The notes under the pieces were generated by a model. It saw nothing but the letters and a program-made list of their open reading frames with translations, had not been told where the DNA came from and ran no database searches. Below, piece after piece: positions 37,333 to 50,960 of a DNA stretch of 64,000 bases (positions within the stretch are counted from its first letter, which is position 1; each line of letters starts with the position of its first letter). Made by a program: the position numbers and the translations under genes. Where the stretch lies: the NCBI GenBank assembly GCA_964016885.1, contig OZ024743.1, positions 94,488,001 to 94,552,000 of the forward strand, written 5' to 3'. This DNA comes from Eledone cirrhosa (taxonomy: Eukaryota).

Positions 37333-40300
37333 TATCAAAATGAAAATCCGAAGGCAAGGTAAAATTCCAATCATTTAATCACGACACATATTTCAATAAG
37401 AGATAGATCGATTGTGAAGCCATGATCGATTATCACTGATCTCATCAGGTGAAAATGAATTGTCTTCAAATTCTTGATATGAGGGAGAAAAATTAACGAT
37501 GTTCTCTCACAGAATTCATTACCTCATATGGAGACACACCAGTCAGTCAGAGACATGGCGACTGCTATTAGCTTTAGTTGACGTCATAAAAGTTTTCAGA
37601 TTTCTATCTCTGCAAAAGACGCTGGACATCAATCAAATCTGTAGGGATACAGTCAGTCACAGTTAGAAGTGAGTGGGTTCACACACACTCCACACCTACA
37701 TACATCGGCACGAGGTCAAAGAAAGATATATACATATATATACAAAGAACAACACAGTATTAAACCCGTAGAATTAGCGTGGGTGGGTACACACACACTT
37801 TCACACACACCGAAGCGATGTCCGAGAAAAAACAAATATAAGAATGTACCAACACAGCACTCACCGAAAGGTAGTTCACAAAGCAACAGAAGCTATGTCG
37901 GTCAAATCTCAATTTGACGATGTAAATTGGAAATATTGGGTTAACCAACGCTACACACATACACACGCGCGCGTGCGCGCAAGTAAGTTCAGTTCAGTGT
38001 TCTGCTATACGTGTATAGATCGAATTGTAACATCCATATCTTCAAGTGTGTGTTATGGTATATACACATCCGAATCATCCCAAAAACGGGGGGGGGGGGG
38101 TATGTCCGGGTATATACACATCCATGTGAAGAGCAAGCAATCAGCTCATGTCGAACTCCTTGTGTACCGCTGTCCCGTTGCGAATCCGCGTCACCAAATC
38201 CGTGCGTGCAAGCAACTGCAATATGGGCCGGCAAAGGGCTCCGTGTAGGGTTGGATATTGGGTAAATGCGTCCGCAAGTGCGATTTCACGTCACATGGGC
38301 CAATGAGCTTTTAAGATAGTTGTTTGAGTGGTGGAGGTGTGTTATCCAACACAGAAGGTGGAGTAAGAAAACACAGGACAGTAAAATCCAAAGGATGTGT
38401 GTAGGCCCATTAATGGTGTGTCAGTATTATTGTTCAATCCGTAACAGTGAGTCCTCCATGGTTAGATGATCACGCATCAAAACCTGGTGTAGTGTTCAGT
38501 CGGTAGGAACGTGTCAGTCGTAAATGTGGGAGCTCAATGTCTAAAGGAAACCGGTACTGTGTGTAGAGCTATGTATAGAGAGCGTAATTGGTCCTAACCA
38601 AGTGTGTAATCAATCTAACTATTTACTAGCTAGGTATTCTAAAAGAGAGCACTCAGCTGTGAGAACTCCGTGGAAACAGGGCGAGTATCGTTTGCAAGTG
38701 CGCAAACAATCTTAGCCGTCTAACTACCTAAGTGTGTGACTGTCCGTTTATTGAGAGAACTCTATGGCTAAAGTAGAGAGGGAGCAGTTATTGGTAGGTT
38801 ATCTTCCAAAAATCCTGCGGCTGAGCAAACTATGGACCAGGATAAGGAGTGCTCTATATTATGATGTTTAAGCTTCGAGACTAATTCCGAAAGTGCCGTG
38901 CTATTTTTTTTTATCTAATCTATTAAAGGTATGGCGGTGATTATACCATCTATCCTTAAATTCCGTGGCAGTTACCCCAACATACCTAAAGGTTCTATCA
39001 GGAGTGGAGACCTTGCAGTCGTAGACTATGTTTTTGGTAAGGCATTTCCCAACCATGGGGCAGGTGGCGGTGCTTCTGCAGTTACATATTTTGCTATCGA
39101 TCTGGGTAGTTCCGGATGGACCACGGTACCTTTGGGGTCGGGTCTCAGTTCCAGTCTGCTCTATGGGTAAATTCCCTGAGGTTGGGGAGACCCGACTCGC
39201 CTCACGTGTATGAGTCAGTTCCTCAATAGAGCTGCCATGCCTACTTCCCTCATTGGCTGTCCTAATCCTACTATAATTCATCTTAGCTATATTCTGAGCT
39301 ATGTTACTAGTTGTGGAGTAGGACAGCTTGATGGTATTTCTATTGAATATTTTATAATATCTGTGCGATCTAGGGAAGCATTTGTCTAAGGCCCTAAAGA
39401 AAAGCTTAGCTATACTAGTGGTCAGGCCAGTGGAGTAAAGGGGATTATACCACAGGACTTTTCTGGTCCGATGCCTCTTGTTCCTACTAACTATATTAGA
39501 ATTACCTGTCTCCCTAGTAGTTACTGGTCTATTGTAACTGGAAATTACCTGTGGGTGATGGTGTCCTGGGGTGTCACGATTGTGTTCGGAATCGTCCCAA
39601 GTCTCCAGGGCGGTGTACCCCTCGTGCGGCTATTGGGGTTACCCTCGATAGCTGGGGTTGTATCCGCTATGCGTCTGCTACACCTGTCCCTATTACCCCT
39701 ACTCGACCCTCGTTCCATACTGCGTTCAACGGTAGTTTTATCGGTTCCACAATTAAGGTTACCATTAGAGTTTCCGCTGGCGTTACGTTGCTCAGACCCA
39801 GTGTTACTACCTGGGTGGCTGTTTCTATTAGTACCAACAGCACTGGGACTAGGCGGCAGTACAACATGAAGACTATAAGAATCCTCCCTCGTATCCCGCC
39901 TGCTGTTAACTAGAGTGTCACTATTTAGGCCTAAGCTATCGCGAGCAATGTTACTTCTACTATTTAATGGACGTTTGAATGAGATTCCCTCGCTATGCCC
40001 TGCGCGTTCCAGGGCGCTATTATAGTAATTCGAGATCTTATTAAAGGTATCTACATTGGAAGATAGTCCTGAAATTCTACTAGAGACGCTTTTGGTAATA
40101 CCGTTTGTGACTATTCTAGGGTGGTTAGATTTTGCGTTGACATTGTTTAGATTCTCGTTGGGTTTGTGGTAAGGTTGGAAGAGTCCTGAATTGAGGTTAA
40201 GTGTAACATCTAGAAAATTAACTATTTTTAAATCTCTTCAAATACTATACTTAGGTCTATGCTCTTGAAGAACTTGCTAAGTTTTTCCTCACCCTCTCTA

Positions 40301-40987
40301 CCATACTATTATTATGGAACGACACAGTAAACAAGACAACGTCACGGTAAGCGCCGCCTCCACCGTGGGGCATTTCCGCTCCGAGACAGTCAAGAAGGTA
40401 AAGGCCCACCAGATCCGTCACCTGGGCTGAGTCCGTGTATCCCATGGTGATGTCGAAATTGTCTGGCCACTTCCTCCTAGTCCACAGGTCACCGTTGAAT
40501 TCAATTAAGGTTTTCCTAGCTAGGAGAATAATGCTAATTTCCTCGGATGTAAAGTCGGTATGTAAGCTAGCAAAGTTAAGAAGAGTTGGAGAGATTGAAC
40601 AGTAGCAATTAGAGATATCGAACTGTATAAACTTAGTGCTATTCTTATTCTGCAATTTCTCAAACCAGTTAATTACCTCACTAGTTCCTGACCACAACTT
40701 GAGCTTCGATCTCCTAACTAGAGTGGGGATTATTTTATCAAGGATGTTTTTACTTACGATTCCTATGTCCGTCTTCGAAGGGGCTATCAGCCTAACAGGT
40801 CTTAATGATTCAAAGTTCAATTTGTGGTCCTTCAGCAAAATCCTCGGGGTTCTAGGATGGAAGGGTTCGGTTTTATCCTCAATACCCAGTTTAATCATGA
40901 CGCTATTGGCCTCCGTGTTAATTAAATCCAGATTGGCTCGTGTAGTTTTTCTGTAGCTTTTCCTAAGTTCAATGGTTATCAAATCAT
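37333..40987 (-). mobile_element. Penelope-like element E2, longer direct copy of E1
   Basis: Near-identical to 31556-34721; extra RT portion 40257-40982 (QFDISN.Y.SI, FDITMG.TD.A, GAYRDV); ~139-bp deletion at 38820. Confidence 0.9.
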
Positions 40988-41395
40988 CATATGAGGGAAT
41001 GAATTCTGTGAGAGAGCATCGTTATTTTTTCTCCCTCATATCAAGAATTTGAAGACAATTCATTTTCACCTGATGAGATCAGTGATAATCGATCATGGCT
41101 TCACAATCGATCTATCTCTTATTGAAACATGTCTCGTGATTAAATGATTGGAATTTTACCTTGCCTTCGGATTTTCATTTTGATATATATATATATATTA
41201 AAATAAAGATCCGAAGGCATGGTATAAAATTACAATCAATTTCATCACGACACATGTTTCAATAGGAGATAGATCGATTGTGTGGCCATGATCGATTATC
41301 ACTGATCTCGTCAGGTGAAAATGAATTGTCTTCAAATCCTTGATATGAGGGAGAAAAATTAACGATGTTCACTCACTAGAGTTTTGTCCCCCATG

Positions 41396-41518
<123 letters not shown>

Positions 41519-41699
41519 ATCTTTTTCGGGGAAATTATTGTTTTTTTCAAAATTTAAAGGTTTCATAGGAACCTTCAATGTTTATTTGAGATTTTACGTC
41601 TGAAGAGCTCAGGCTGTCATAACTGATAGTCCTTAGTGAGATATGTTTAAAGGAGTTTTAAATCAATCAGAATCAACTGATATGGCCTCCGATCTTTGA

Positions 41700-41745
<46 letters not shown>

Positions 41746-41916
41746 CAATATCGGAGAAAGCTTTTTAGCGATACACCGGCCAAATTCCAACTCACTCAAC
41801 AAACATTAGGAAATAAGTGATTATATTCCCAATTATGTGTTCGGGGTGCTAACTAAAAGTATTGTGTGGAAAATTGACTGTATTATTTCAAATGAGACAT
41901 ATCTAATATATCTCTT

Positions 41917-42043
41917 CCCAGACGGACGTCTCGTTTCATTATAGGATTCCTACAATTTGGGTGAAATTATACCAATTTATGTAGGAGCTTGTATACCATC
42001 AATAGATATATATCCAAGTGGGCTCCTATAATTCATCAGTGGG
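41917..42043 (-). ncRNA. Type-I hammerhead ribozyme with branched stem II, within a ~0.7-kb segment between (TA)n tracts
   Basis: CCCA-CTGATGA-ATTATAGGA...TCCTATAAT-GAAA-CG-AGACGTC-CG-TC-TGGG; internal hairpin TCCTACA/TGTAGGA. Confidence 0.82.
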
Positions 42044-42442
42044 TGCCCCAATAATACTAATATTGATAATCTAACCAACATCAGCATTTAGCGATAATTA
42101 CTTTCTGTGCCTGAGGTATCTGTCAGGTTGCCAGTCCAGCAGTTCTGAAAGAAGTGCTCGAACTGATTCAAAAAATGAGGATGTGAATTACTGCAAAAAA
42201 AAACAATTACTGCGCGTGACAATGAACTCTGAAAGGAATTCAGGCCACGTGCTAAGAACTCAATTGGAAATTGAAAAAATATCTATGTGTGTACAACATT
42301 TGATGACACACACAGATATTTTCTCGGGCAAAATAACAGAATGAGATATAAGGAACAATCAATATTCATATATAATAAATAAACAAAGAAATGCTAACCT
42401 TATACCGGGAAATCTTTTCAAATCTGCTGCGCCAAGAGTAAG

Positions 42443-42496
<54 letters not shown>

Positions 42497-42503
<7 letters not shown>

Positions 42504-43027
42504 TGGTCGTTTTGGAACCCTCAACAATGCATATGGGTAAATCTCCGGGTAACAGAATCCGGTGGTGAAGAGAGAGATGTAAGAGGAAATGTAGAATGAG
42601 ATGTATAGTGTGTAGAGGAACGTAGGAAAGAGCGTAAAAATAAAAATAATAACACGAGATAGAGTTACCTTGGGAGAGATTTAATTGTCCCTATATTTCG
42701 GATTTCGCATCCATCAACTGGGGGGTTTTCCGAGGGGGAAAATTATCTGTGGGAGAGGAACGGTACTTGGCCTCTGCTGTCCGCCGTTTGTGCGTAACTG
42801 AGATATTCTGTAGAGTGCACGTGTGCGCGGAATAGGTCCGGTCAAGCAAAGGTCGAGGCAGTTCCTTTTTATTGTGGGAGTGGGATGGTGCTTCGCTGTC
42901 AATCCATTATACTACCTATATTCAGTCTTTGATACTGGCAGTGTTGGTAGTCTGCCTGGTCGCTTGTTGGTCGGTGGATGGTGGGGGCGCTATACACACA
43001 ATAACAATCGTTCGAATGCTTCTGTGC

Positions 43028-43065
<38 letters not shown>

Positions 43066-44490
43066 GCTGTTGTCTCGTTTGTTTACACCAGCCACCTCGT
43101 CTCGCTTCTCTCGGATCGGTTATTTATTTGTGGTCCTAGGCGTTTGATCCAAAGTGCTTCCTTGATTCGTAACATGCCGAGGTTGCGTTCCGTCGCTAGC
43201 ACTGCGACAATGGGCCTTCCGTCTTTGTTTCCGCATTTGATTATGTGTTTCCGGAAAGACGATGCCCTGGTGTTGATGTGCTCCTTGATCCAGATATGTA
43301 GCGGCCGGATTGTACTACCGATATAGTAGTGGTTACACTTGTCACATTCTACCCTGTATACAACGTATGTACGTAAGCAGCAGTTCGTTTGGCGCATCAG
43401 ACAGTTTCTGAGGGAACACGCGACAGTCGATTTCCCGGGTTTCCTGGAGAGGCATCTCTGTAGGGAGGGGCCCGAGTGGGCCAGATGGATGTCGAGGCCC
43501 TCTCTCCGTATAGCCCTGCGGGTTGCGTTGGTGGTTTTCTCGCCCAAGTGCGAGATTTTAGAGAAGCACTTGCCTTGGGTATTTCTCTGCCTCTTGCACC
43601 TGGTGTCTCTTACTCTGTTTGTAAGCGAGGCTGGGTATCCGTTCGTCTCCATCACCCTGAGGAACCGCTTGGTATGGGTGACACCACTCACGGATTCCCT
43701 ACATCTGTTTTTAATTCGCGTGATCTCGTTCGTGATGTACCCTCTGTTAGGGAGGGCAGACTTGTAGTGGACGTACAAGTCCCTGCAGGCTGCCTTGCGG
43801 TAGAGATTGGTGTGGATCCCTCCATGCTCCGTGATGTTGATTCGGAAGTCGAGGAGGGCAAGAGACCCGTCCTCGTTGGGATGTTCAACACTGAAATCAA
43901 TATTCTTGTCCGTGTTGTTGAACGTCTGTAAATTCCGCTCGCCATCTCCTGGGAAGATGTGAGGATGAGGATGTCGTCCACGTACCTTGAAAAGAAGGCG
44001 ACGGCATTGGGGTGGCAGGTGTTGAGTGCCTTGCGCTCGAGGCCGTCCATGTACGAGATCGCTAGCACACCCGACAGGCTTGAGCCCATGGGTAGCCCTG
44101 AGGTTTGCTGGTATGTTTGGTCGAGAAAACCGAAATACGTGTTGTCAACGACGACTGATAGGAGCTGGTGGATGTCAGTGGGGGTGATCCCGAAGCAGTG
44201 TAGGTCGGTAGATTGAACGCGTTCCATCAGTATATCAACGGCCGGGAGCGCCGGGACCGAGGTGTAAAGAGCGACCACACCAAGGCTGAAGGCGTACCTG
44301 TTAGCCTTTCTGGTGTCGGGATCCATTTGATGCAGGCGCTCCAACACCTCCTCGGAGCTGTTTACGTGTCCCGGCAAGGTATTCTGGCTAGGAGCCATGA
44401 CATTTTGTAGAGCGGCCCTTCCACGCTCGATTAGAAGGCGGGTAGTCTGCTGTTCCTCGTGAGGAGGTTGTATCTGAGCTTCTTCGGAGA
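42497..44490 (-). mobile_element. Inverted duplicate of PLE 29050-31025
   Basis: ORFs 43688-44398 and 43083-43778 nearly identical to 29140-29850 and 29760-30455, same frameshift. Confidence 0.9.
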
Positions 44491-44520
44491 GAGAGATATA
44501 TAGAGAGTGAGAGAGTGGAA

Positions 44521-44574
<54 letters not shown>

Positions 44575-44594
44575 TAGAGAGTGAGAGAGTGGAA

Positions 44595-44672
<78 letters not shown>

Positions 44673-44832
44673 TAGAGAGTGAGAGAGAGATATAGAGAGT
44701 GAGAGAGTGGAAGTGAGAAAGTGATATAGAGAGTGAGAGAGAGAGAGGGGAAGTGAGAGAGTGGAAGTGAGAGAGAGATATAGAGAGTGAGAGAGTGGAA
44801 GTGAGAAAGAGATATAGTGAGTGTGAGAGAGT

Positions 44833-44873
<41 letters not shown>

Positions 44874-46570
44874 AGTGAGAGTGAGAGAGAGAGATAGAGA
44901 GTGAGAGAGTGGAAGTAAGAGAATGGAAGTGAGAAAGTGATATAGAGATAGAATCGACTGCAGTGTTAATCTGGCATTTTTTTATCGACTTGGAATGGAT
45001 GAAAGGCAAAGCTGACCTTTGTGACATATAGTTACGGCCCTTTAGAACGTAAACTACCGTAACTATATGCCAAAAAGCATGTTGTTCGACGCTCTACCGA
45101 TATTGCCATTCCACCGCCCTGTATATTTCTTCTCAGTTCAGACATTTGATAAAGTAAAGTGCATTTCTGCTTTTACAGTTCATATTAGCATTTGTAAATA
45201 TTTTTCTTTCGGGCTTTGTGCTGATATAATGACCAGCATGTATAACATTGACATGTAGCATAACTATTGTCATTAATTATTGGAGTATCGGTAGAGGGTC
45301 GGACGCCATGCTTTCCAGCATAGTTACGTCCCTTTACGATCTGAGTTCAAATCCCGCCGAGGTTGACTTTACCTTTCATCCTTACGAGGTCGATAAAATA
45401 AAGTACCAGTAATGCACTGGATAATTGCTGGCCTTGTGCCTAAAGTAGAAACAATTAATTATTGGAGTATTGGTAGAGGGTCGGACGCCATGCTTTGACG
45501 TATAGAGTTACGGCCCTTGCCTTTCTGAATTCAAACCCGCCAAGGTTAACTTTGCCTTTCATCCTTATGGGGTCGATAAAATAAAGTACCAGTAATACAC
45601 TGGGGTAATTGCTGGCCTTGTGCCAAAAGTAGAAACAATTAATTACAATTAAATACAGCGATGGCTTGGCAGTATCGGTAGAGAGTCGGACACCATGTTT
45701 TGCAGCAAAGAGTTACGCCCCTTTATGATCTGAGTTCAAATCCCGCCGGGGTTAACTTTGCCTTTCATTCTTACAGGGTCGATAAAATAAAGTACCAGTA
45801 ATACACTGGGGTAATTGCTGGCCTTGTGCCAAAAGTAGAAACAATTAATTACAATTAAATAGAGCGATGGCTTGGCAGTATCGATTGAGAGTCGGACACC
45901 ATGATTTGCAGCAAAGAGTTACGCCCCTTTATGATCTGAGTTCAAATCCCGCCGAGGTTAACTTTGCCTTTCATTCTTACAGGGTCGATAAAATAAAGTA
46001 CCAGTAATACACTGGAGTCAATTAACCGACTTTCCCCTCCCCCAAAATTGCTGGTCTTGTACTTATATAAGAAACCATTGATTACAATTAAATGAAGGCG
46101 CATAGCCTAATGGTTAAGTGGAGAGTTCGCCATGCAGCGCAATCTTTCACCGTAGAATTCATCTGAAAAAAAAAAAAAGTAAGAAGGGTTTTTTATTTTA
46201 TTTTGTTTTAACACAATATGGCGAATTGACAAAGTCGTTCCAATGTCGATATTCGCTTAGGTTTGCTGGCGCTTTTATTTCTAATATAAAATAAGTCAAC
46301 TGTGTCTTACAGCCTACTGAGTTCGATAAATAAAGTACGAGTTCAGTACTAGGGCTGTTAATTTCCTCTAGCTTTCGTTCTGACTTTCTTTCTCTCAACT
46401 TACAAAATACTTCAGAAATACTTAATATGAAAAGTAAGGCTTACGTTTTTTATCTAAAATGTTCGACTCCCTTTCCTTAGAAACATCAAAACCAAAACAT
46501 CTCAAATAATTTAAAATAAATCTTGTGTTGTAATGATTTTAATGTTTACGTTACTTCTTTTATCTTACAG

Positions 46571-47193
46571 ATGATGTCACCAAATGTTTACAATGTTATT
46601 GCCTCCCTCCATGTTGTGTTTTAATGTTTCTTATCTCTTCTTTTATCTTACAGAGCATGGAACCAAATGTTTACGATGCTATCGCCTTCCTCCATGTTGT
46701 GTTTTAATGTTTCTTATCTCCTCTTTTATCTTACAGAGCATGGAACCAAATGTTTACGATGCTATCGCCTTCCTCCATGTTGTGTTTTAATGTTTCTTAT
46801 CTCTTCTTTTATCTTACAGAGCATGGAACCAAATGTTTACGATGCTATCGCCTTCCTCCATGTTGTGTTTTAATGTTTCTTATCTCCTCTTTTATCTTAC
46901 AGAGCATGGAACCAAATGTTTATGATGCTATCGCCTTCCTCCATGTTGTGTTTTAATGTTTCTTATCTCTTCTTTTATCTTACAGAGCATGGAACCAAAT
47001 GTTTACGATGCTATCGCCTTCCTCCATGTTGTGTTTTAATGTTTCTTATCTCCTCTTTTATCTTACAGAGCATGGAACCAAATGTTTACGATGCTATCGC
47101 CTTCCTCCATGTTGTGTTTTAATGTTTCTTATCTCTTCTTTTATCTTACAGAGCATGGAACCAAATGTTTACGATGCTATCGCCTTCCTCCAT
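46571..47193 (+). repeat. 83-bp tandem array of the intron-1/exon-2 junction of the tyrosinase gene
   Basis: TACAG acceptors followed by exon starts at 46571, 46654, 46737, 46820, 46903, 46986, 47069, 47152 (exact 83-bp spacing). Confidence 0.95.
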
Positions 47194-47302
47194 ACAGGTG
47201 CGACTGCCAGAAATGCTCACAATGGTCCTGTATTCCTCACCTGGCACAGAATATATGTGAAAATGTAAGCAATGAAATTGAATATTGATTTACACCTCAT
47301 GT

Positions 47303-47433
47303 TTCTTCTTCTTCTTCTTCTTCTTCTTCTTCTTCTTCTTCTTCTTCTTCTTCTTCTTCTTCTTCTTCTTCTTCTTCTTCTTCTTCTTCTTCTTCTTCTT
47401 CTTCTTCTTCTTCTTCTTCTTCTTCTTCTTCTT
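47303..47433. repeat. (CTT)n microsatellite in intron 2 of pseudogene
   Basis: Direct reading. Confidence 0.95.
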
Positions 47434-49369
47434 GAGAGGGTTGGATCCTCAAGCGAGACCAGCCAAGCTCATGGGTTTTTCTTGCTCGGGTCTACTCCTG
47501 GGCCTCCTGTCGGTTGGTTTTGGCCGTAAAATCTGTCCAGCGATTCTTTCCTGAGACATTCCTTCCACATGCCTATAGTATCGGAGCTGTGATCTCTCAA
47601 TTCGGAGAATTTTATATAAATTTTATTTAAGCCCGTTAGATAAGCTTTGAAACGAATACGATCTTAATAATTAAAATAATTGATAATTTAAATAAATCCC
47701 TCGTAATATTTCATTCATTAAATATGTCATTAGAAATATGTTAATGTGGTTTTTATTTTTAAATTTCAGGATGGAAGATGCTCTTCGTACAAAAGTACCA
47801 ACTGTAGCAATTCCATTTTGGGATCCAACTCTTGATGCTTCTCTTTCTAATCCTCGAGATTCCATTATCTGGTCGGACACGTTCATGGGAACAGTCAATG
47901 GATTTTTGAATCGTGGACCGTTTGCTAATTGGACCACACCATCTGGTCATCTAGTAAGGAATGGAGGTTTCAATACAACTTTGCCAAGACATCGTAATAT
48001 CGAAGATGTTCTCAGTCGAACGAAACTCGAGGAAATATCAGAACCAAACGCTGACCGACGCTATAACTTTGAATTTATGCATAATTCTATGCACGTTTCT
48101 GTTGGAGGACTTATGGCTATGATTCCAGCTGCACCTATGGATCCTTTCTTCTTTCTACTTCACAGTTATGTAGAACTTGTTCACACACGTTTCAATGAAA
48201 ACCAAAGAAAAACAACATCGATCCTGCAACAGATTATCCTTCGAATTTTGGTTTAGATATTTATGCTCCCAACCAAAGTATTGGCATTATGAATTTAACA
48301 GTCGAAGAAGCATTAAAAGTAACTCAAAGTTACACTGGTATTTACAGATATGAATATGATTACTTACTTGGAAATTGTACTTACAATCCAAATCTTTGTA
48401 ATCCTCGATACTTAACATGCGAAAATGGTAGATGTGTAACAAAATCTAAATCAACAACTCGTTGTAATACTCTCATTCCCTATCAAAATATGTTTTGTAT
48501 CAACCGTGTGTGTGATTTAAAAGAATGGGCATTTATTCCGATCGAAATAGTTTACGAACGACCTTACGAGACGATGAGATTTGGAAATTTCCCAATCGTA
48601 AATGGTCAACCAAACTTATTGAATGATATATACGACAACAGTCTATCCAAAAATTCCTCGTCCAGTAATTCTACTTGTCGGACGAGTAAGTGTTGTGGAC
48701 CAGCAGGAAGAGTGAATGTTCAAGCCAGTGGCATCAATTATTTTGGAAATTATGAAGAAATGGTGGTAGTGGACCGTAGATTAGCTGTATCATCAGATCT
48801 AGCTTATATCGGTATCAGAGACCCCGAAAAAAACTTTAGTTTGGTATTTCTAACAGTTACGGAACAATGTGGAAGAATATGCCGGCCATCTTGCTTAGTT
48901 CCAGGTTCCAACCCACCATGATACACAGAATGTATAGGACTTTTGAACATAACTCGTAACGACACTGCCTTCTACGGTAAAACCCTCGCAGATACTTACA
49001 TGAAGGTCTGGGATTATAACAACCAGATTCGACCGAAACTGAAGCACCAGAATATTCCAATTGTTTTCCACTGTGATGACAGCCGGTGGCCATTTACCAG
49101 CAGTAATGTGACTACAACAACGACCACACCAGTTCGAACAACAACAACAACCACAACTAGAACAACCCCGACAACAACAACCACAACAACAACACCAGTA
49201 CCGACAACAACAACAACAACAACAACACCAGTACCGACAACAACAACAACACCAGTGCCGACAACAACAACTACTACTACTACAACAAGGTGGACAACAC
49301 CTACAATAACAACACGTGTGTATTGGCCACAGACAACAAAACCAACACCTAAAAGTAAGTATTAATATA

Positions 49370-49760
49370 CGAATGTCATGCTTTTCAGCAAAGAGTTACA
49401 GCCCTTTATGATCTGAGTTTAACTTTGTCTTTCATCCTTACTGGGTTGATAAAATAAAGTACCAGTCACGCACTGGGGTCAATTTAATCGACTTTCCCCT
49501 CCCTCAAAATTGCTGGCCTTGTGACTATATAAGAAACAATTATTATGGTGGATTGGCAGTATCGTTAGGGCGTCAGACACCATGCTTTGTAGCATAGAGT
49601 TATGGCCCTTCATGATCTAAGTTCAAATCCCGCCAAGGTTAACTTTGCCTTTCATCCTTACGGGGTCGATAAAATAAAGCACCAGTAATGTACTGGGTCG
49701 AGTTAATCGACTTTCCCCTCCCCAAAATTGTTGGCCTTGTGCCTATGTAAGAAACCATTA
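49370..49760 (+). mobile_element. Two Octopus-type SINE copies
   Basis: Same SINE body as 8590-9057. Confidence 0.75.
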
Positions 49761-49776
49761 ATTACAATTAAATGAA

Positions 49777-50108
49777 GGCGCATAGCCTAATGGTTAAGAT
49801 GCTTGACATACGATTGTAATGTCGTCGGTTCGATTCCTGGACTGAGTTTGTGTTGTGTTTTTGAGCAAAACTTTATTTCATATTGCTATAGCACACACAG
49901 CTGAGAGTGAGTACCAGCAGTAACTGGAGAGTTAATCCTGCGATAACCCGGCGTCGTAGCCAGGGAGAGTCTTGCACTCGTCTTATCCTGGTAGAGTCTT
50001 GTACTCGTCATATTCAGGGACAGACTTGTACTCTCAATCGCTTAACGCCAAGAAGACCATGTATAAGCACCGTCCTGATGAGCCTTCGGCTTAGAACAGA
50101 CTTTAACA
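49777..50108 (+). mobile_element. tRNA-headed CORE-type SINE
   Basis: A-box TAGCCTAATGG, B-box GTTCGATTCC, then TTGTGTTTTTGAGCAAAACTTTATTTCA CORE-like segment. Confidence 0.6.
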
Positions 50109-50109
50109 C

Positions 50110-50960
50110 TTCATTACTGTGAAGTCTTATTGTTGTTGTTTTATTCAAATTTTTCCCTTGTTAACGATTGTGTCAAGTTCTCTGGTTCTTATTCTCTTTG
50201 AATAAATACGTAGATCTTTTAGTTTATTACTTTGTCTGATAATTATCAGATACACCAATCATAATTAGTATATGTGGTTTGGCATTATGGAATAGTTCGA
50301 TATGTTCTGAATGGTATCATTCGAAATTTAGGTACACTGTGTGTCTGTGTTTTTATAATGTGTTGTGATGTTGGCGTTATTTTCAATCACCATTATGTCC
50401 AGAAATGTTAATTTTATGGTATTTGTCTTTTTTTGTAAATTTTAAAGTTTAATATAAATTGTTCAAGAGAAGGATGCTGGTTTTTAAAGATTTGACAGAT
50501 TTTATCTTATCATGAAACGGTTACCAAAAACGTCTATGCGTCTTTTATATATCGTAAAACGATTTCCTCTACTTCTGGGTACAGATTTTGTTCTAAGTAT
50601 CTCTTTACCAAGTTTCCATATTTCATGTTTGTACCTCTAATTTGTCGGTAGTTTTTGCCATTGAAAAAGAATGTATTATTCTCCAGAATATATATATGAC
50701 ATCGTCTAAAATATGCAGTTCATGGTAAATCTCTCTCCGTATGTTTTGACTCAATCGTCTAAGTAAGTTTATTAACTTTATTTTGAAACTACTGTGGACC
50801 TAAAGAGTTTCATTCGGGATTACACTGATACTTTGTCTCATCTACCCCAAACAACAGAACTCAATTCTGTATTAATTTTGATATGGTAAACCACGTTACC
50901 AATATTCCACATGATTTGGAAATGGTGGCGGTAAAATATTGGGTCGAAAAACATGGACTG
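50110..50960. mobile_element. Highly decayed PLE RT fragments (both orientations)
   Basis: + strand 50820-50955 resembles LSHLP...FD...TNIPHDL...AVKYW.EKH; - strand remnants upstream. Confidence 0.4.

Larger units (their letters stand above)
46571..49354 (+). pseudogene. Tyrosinase-like gene 2, partial pseudogene (exon 2 at 47152-47264, exon 3 at 47770-49354)
   Basis: 1-nt deletion near 48207 (CAAAGAAAAAC vs CAAAGGAAAAAC) shifts frame; AGA>TGA nonsense at 48919-48921; no exon 1 upstream or exon 4 downstream found on this strand. Confidence 0.88.

Noticed and set aside
46122-46139. 18-nt match to gene 1 intron 1 (AGAGTTCGCCATGCAGCG) as a duplication breakpoint
   Set aside because: Better explained as independent RTE-like LINE remnants (LHGEL motif); flanks do not align.
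46571-47193. Regular 83-bp periodic array as CRISPR-like
   Set aside because: Units are near-identical with no unique spacers; they derive from a eukaryotic intron-exon junction; no cas genes.
49777-49850. tRNA gene
   Set aside because: A and B boxes present but no convincing acceptor stem; runs into CORE-like SINE body.
50065-50100. CTGATGA-GCC-TTC-GGC as a hammerhead
   Set aside because: No correctly placed GAAA or stem III; lies in a SINE tail.
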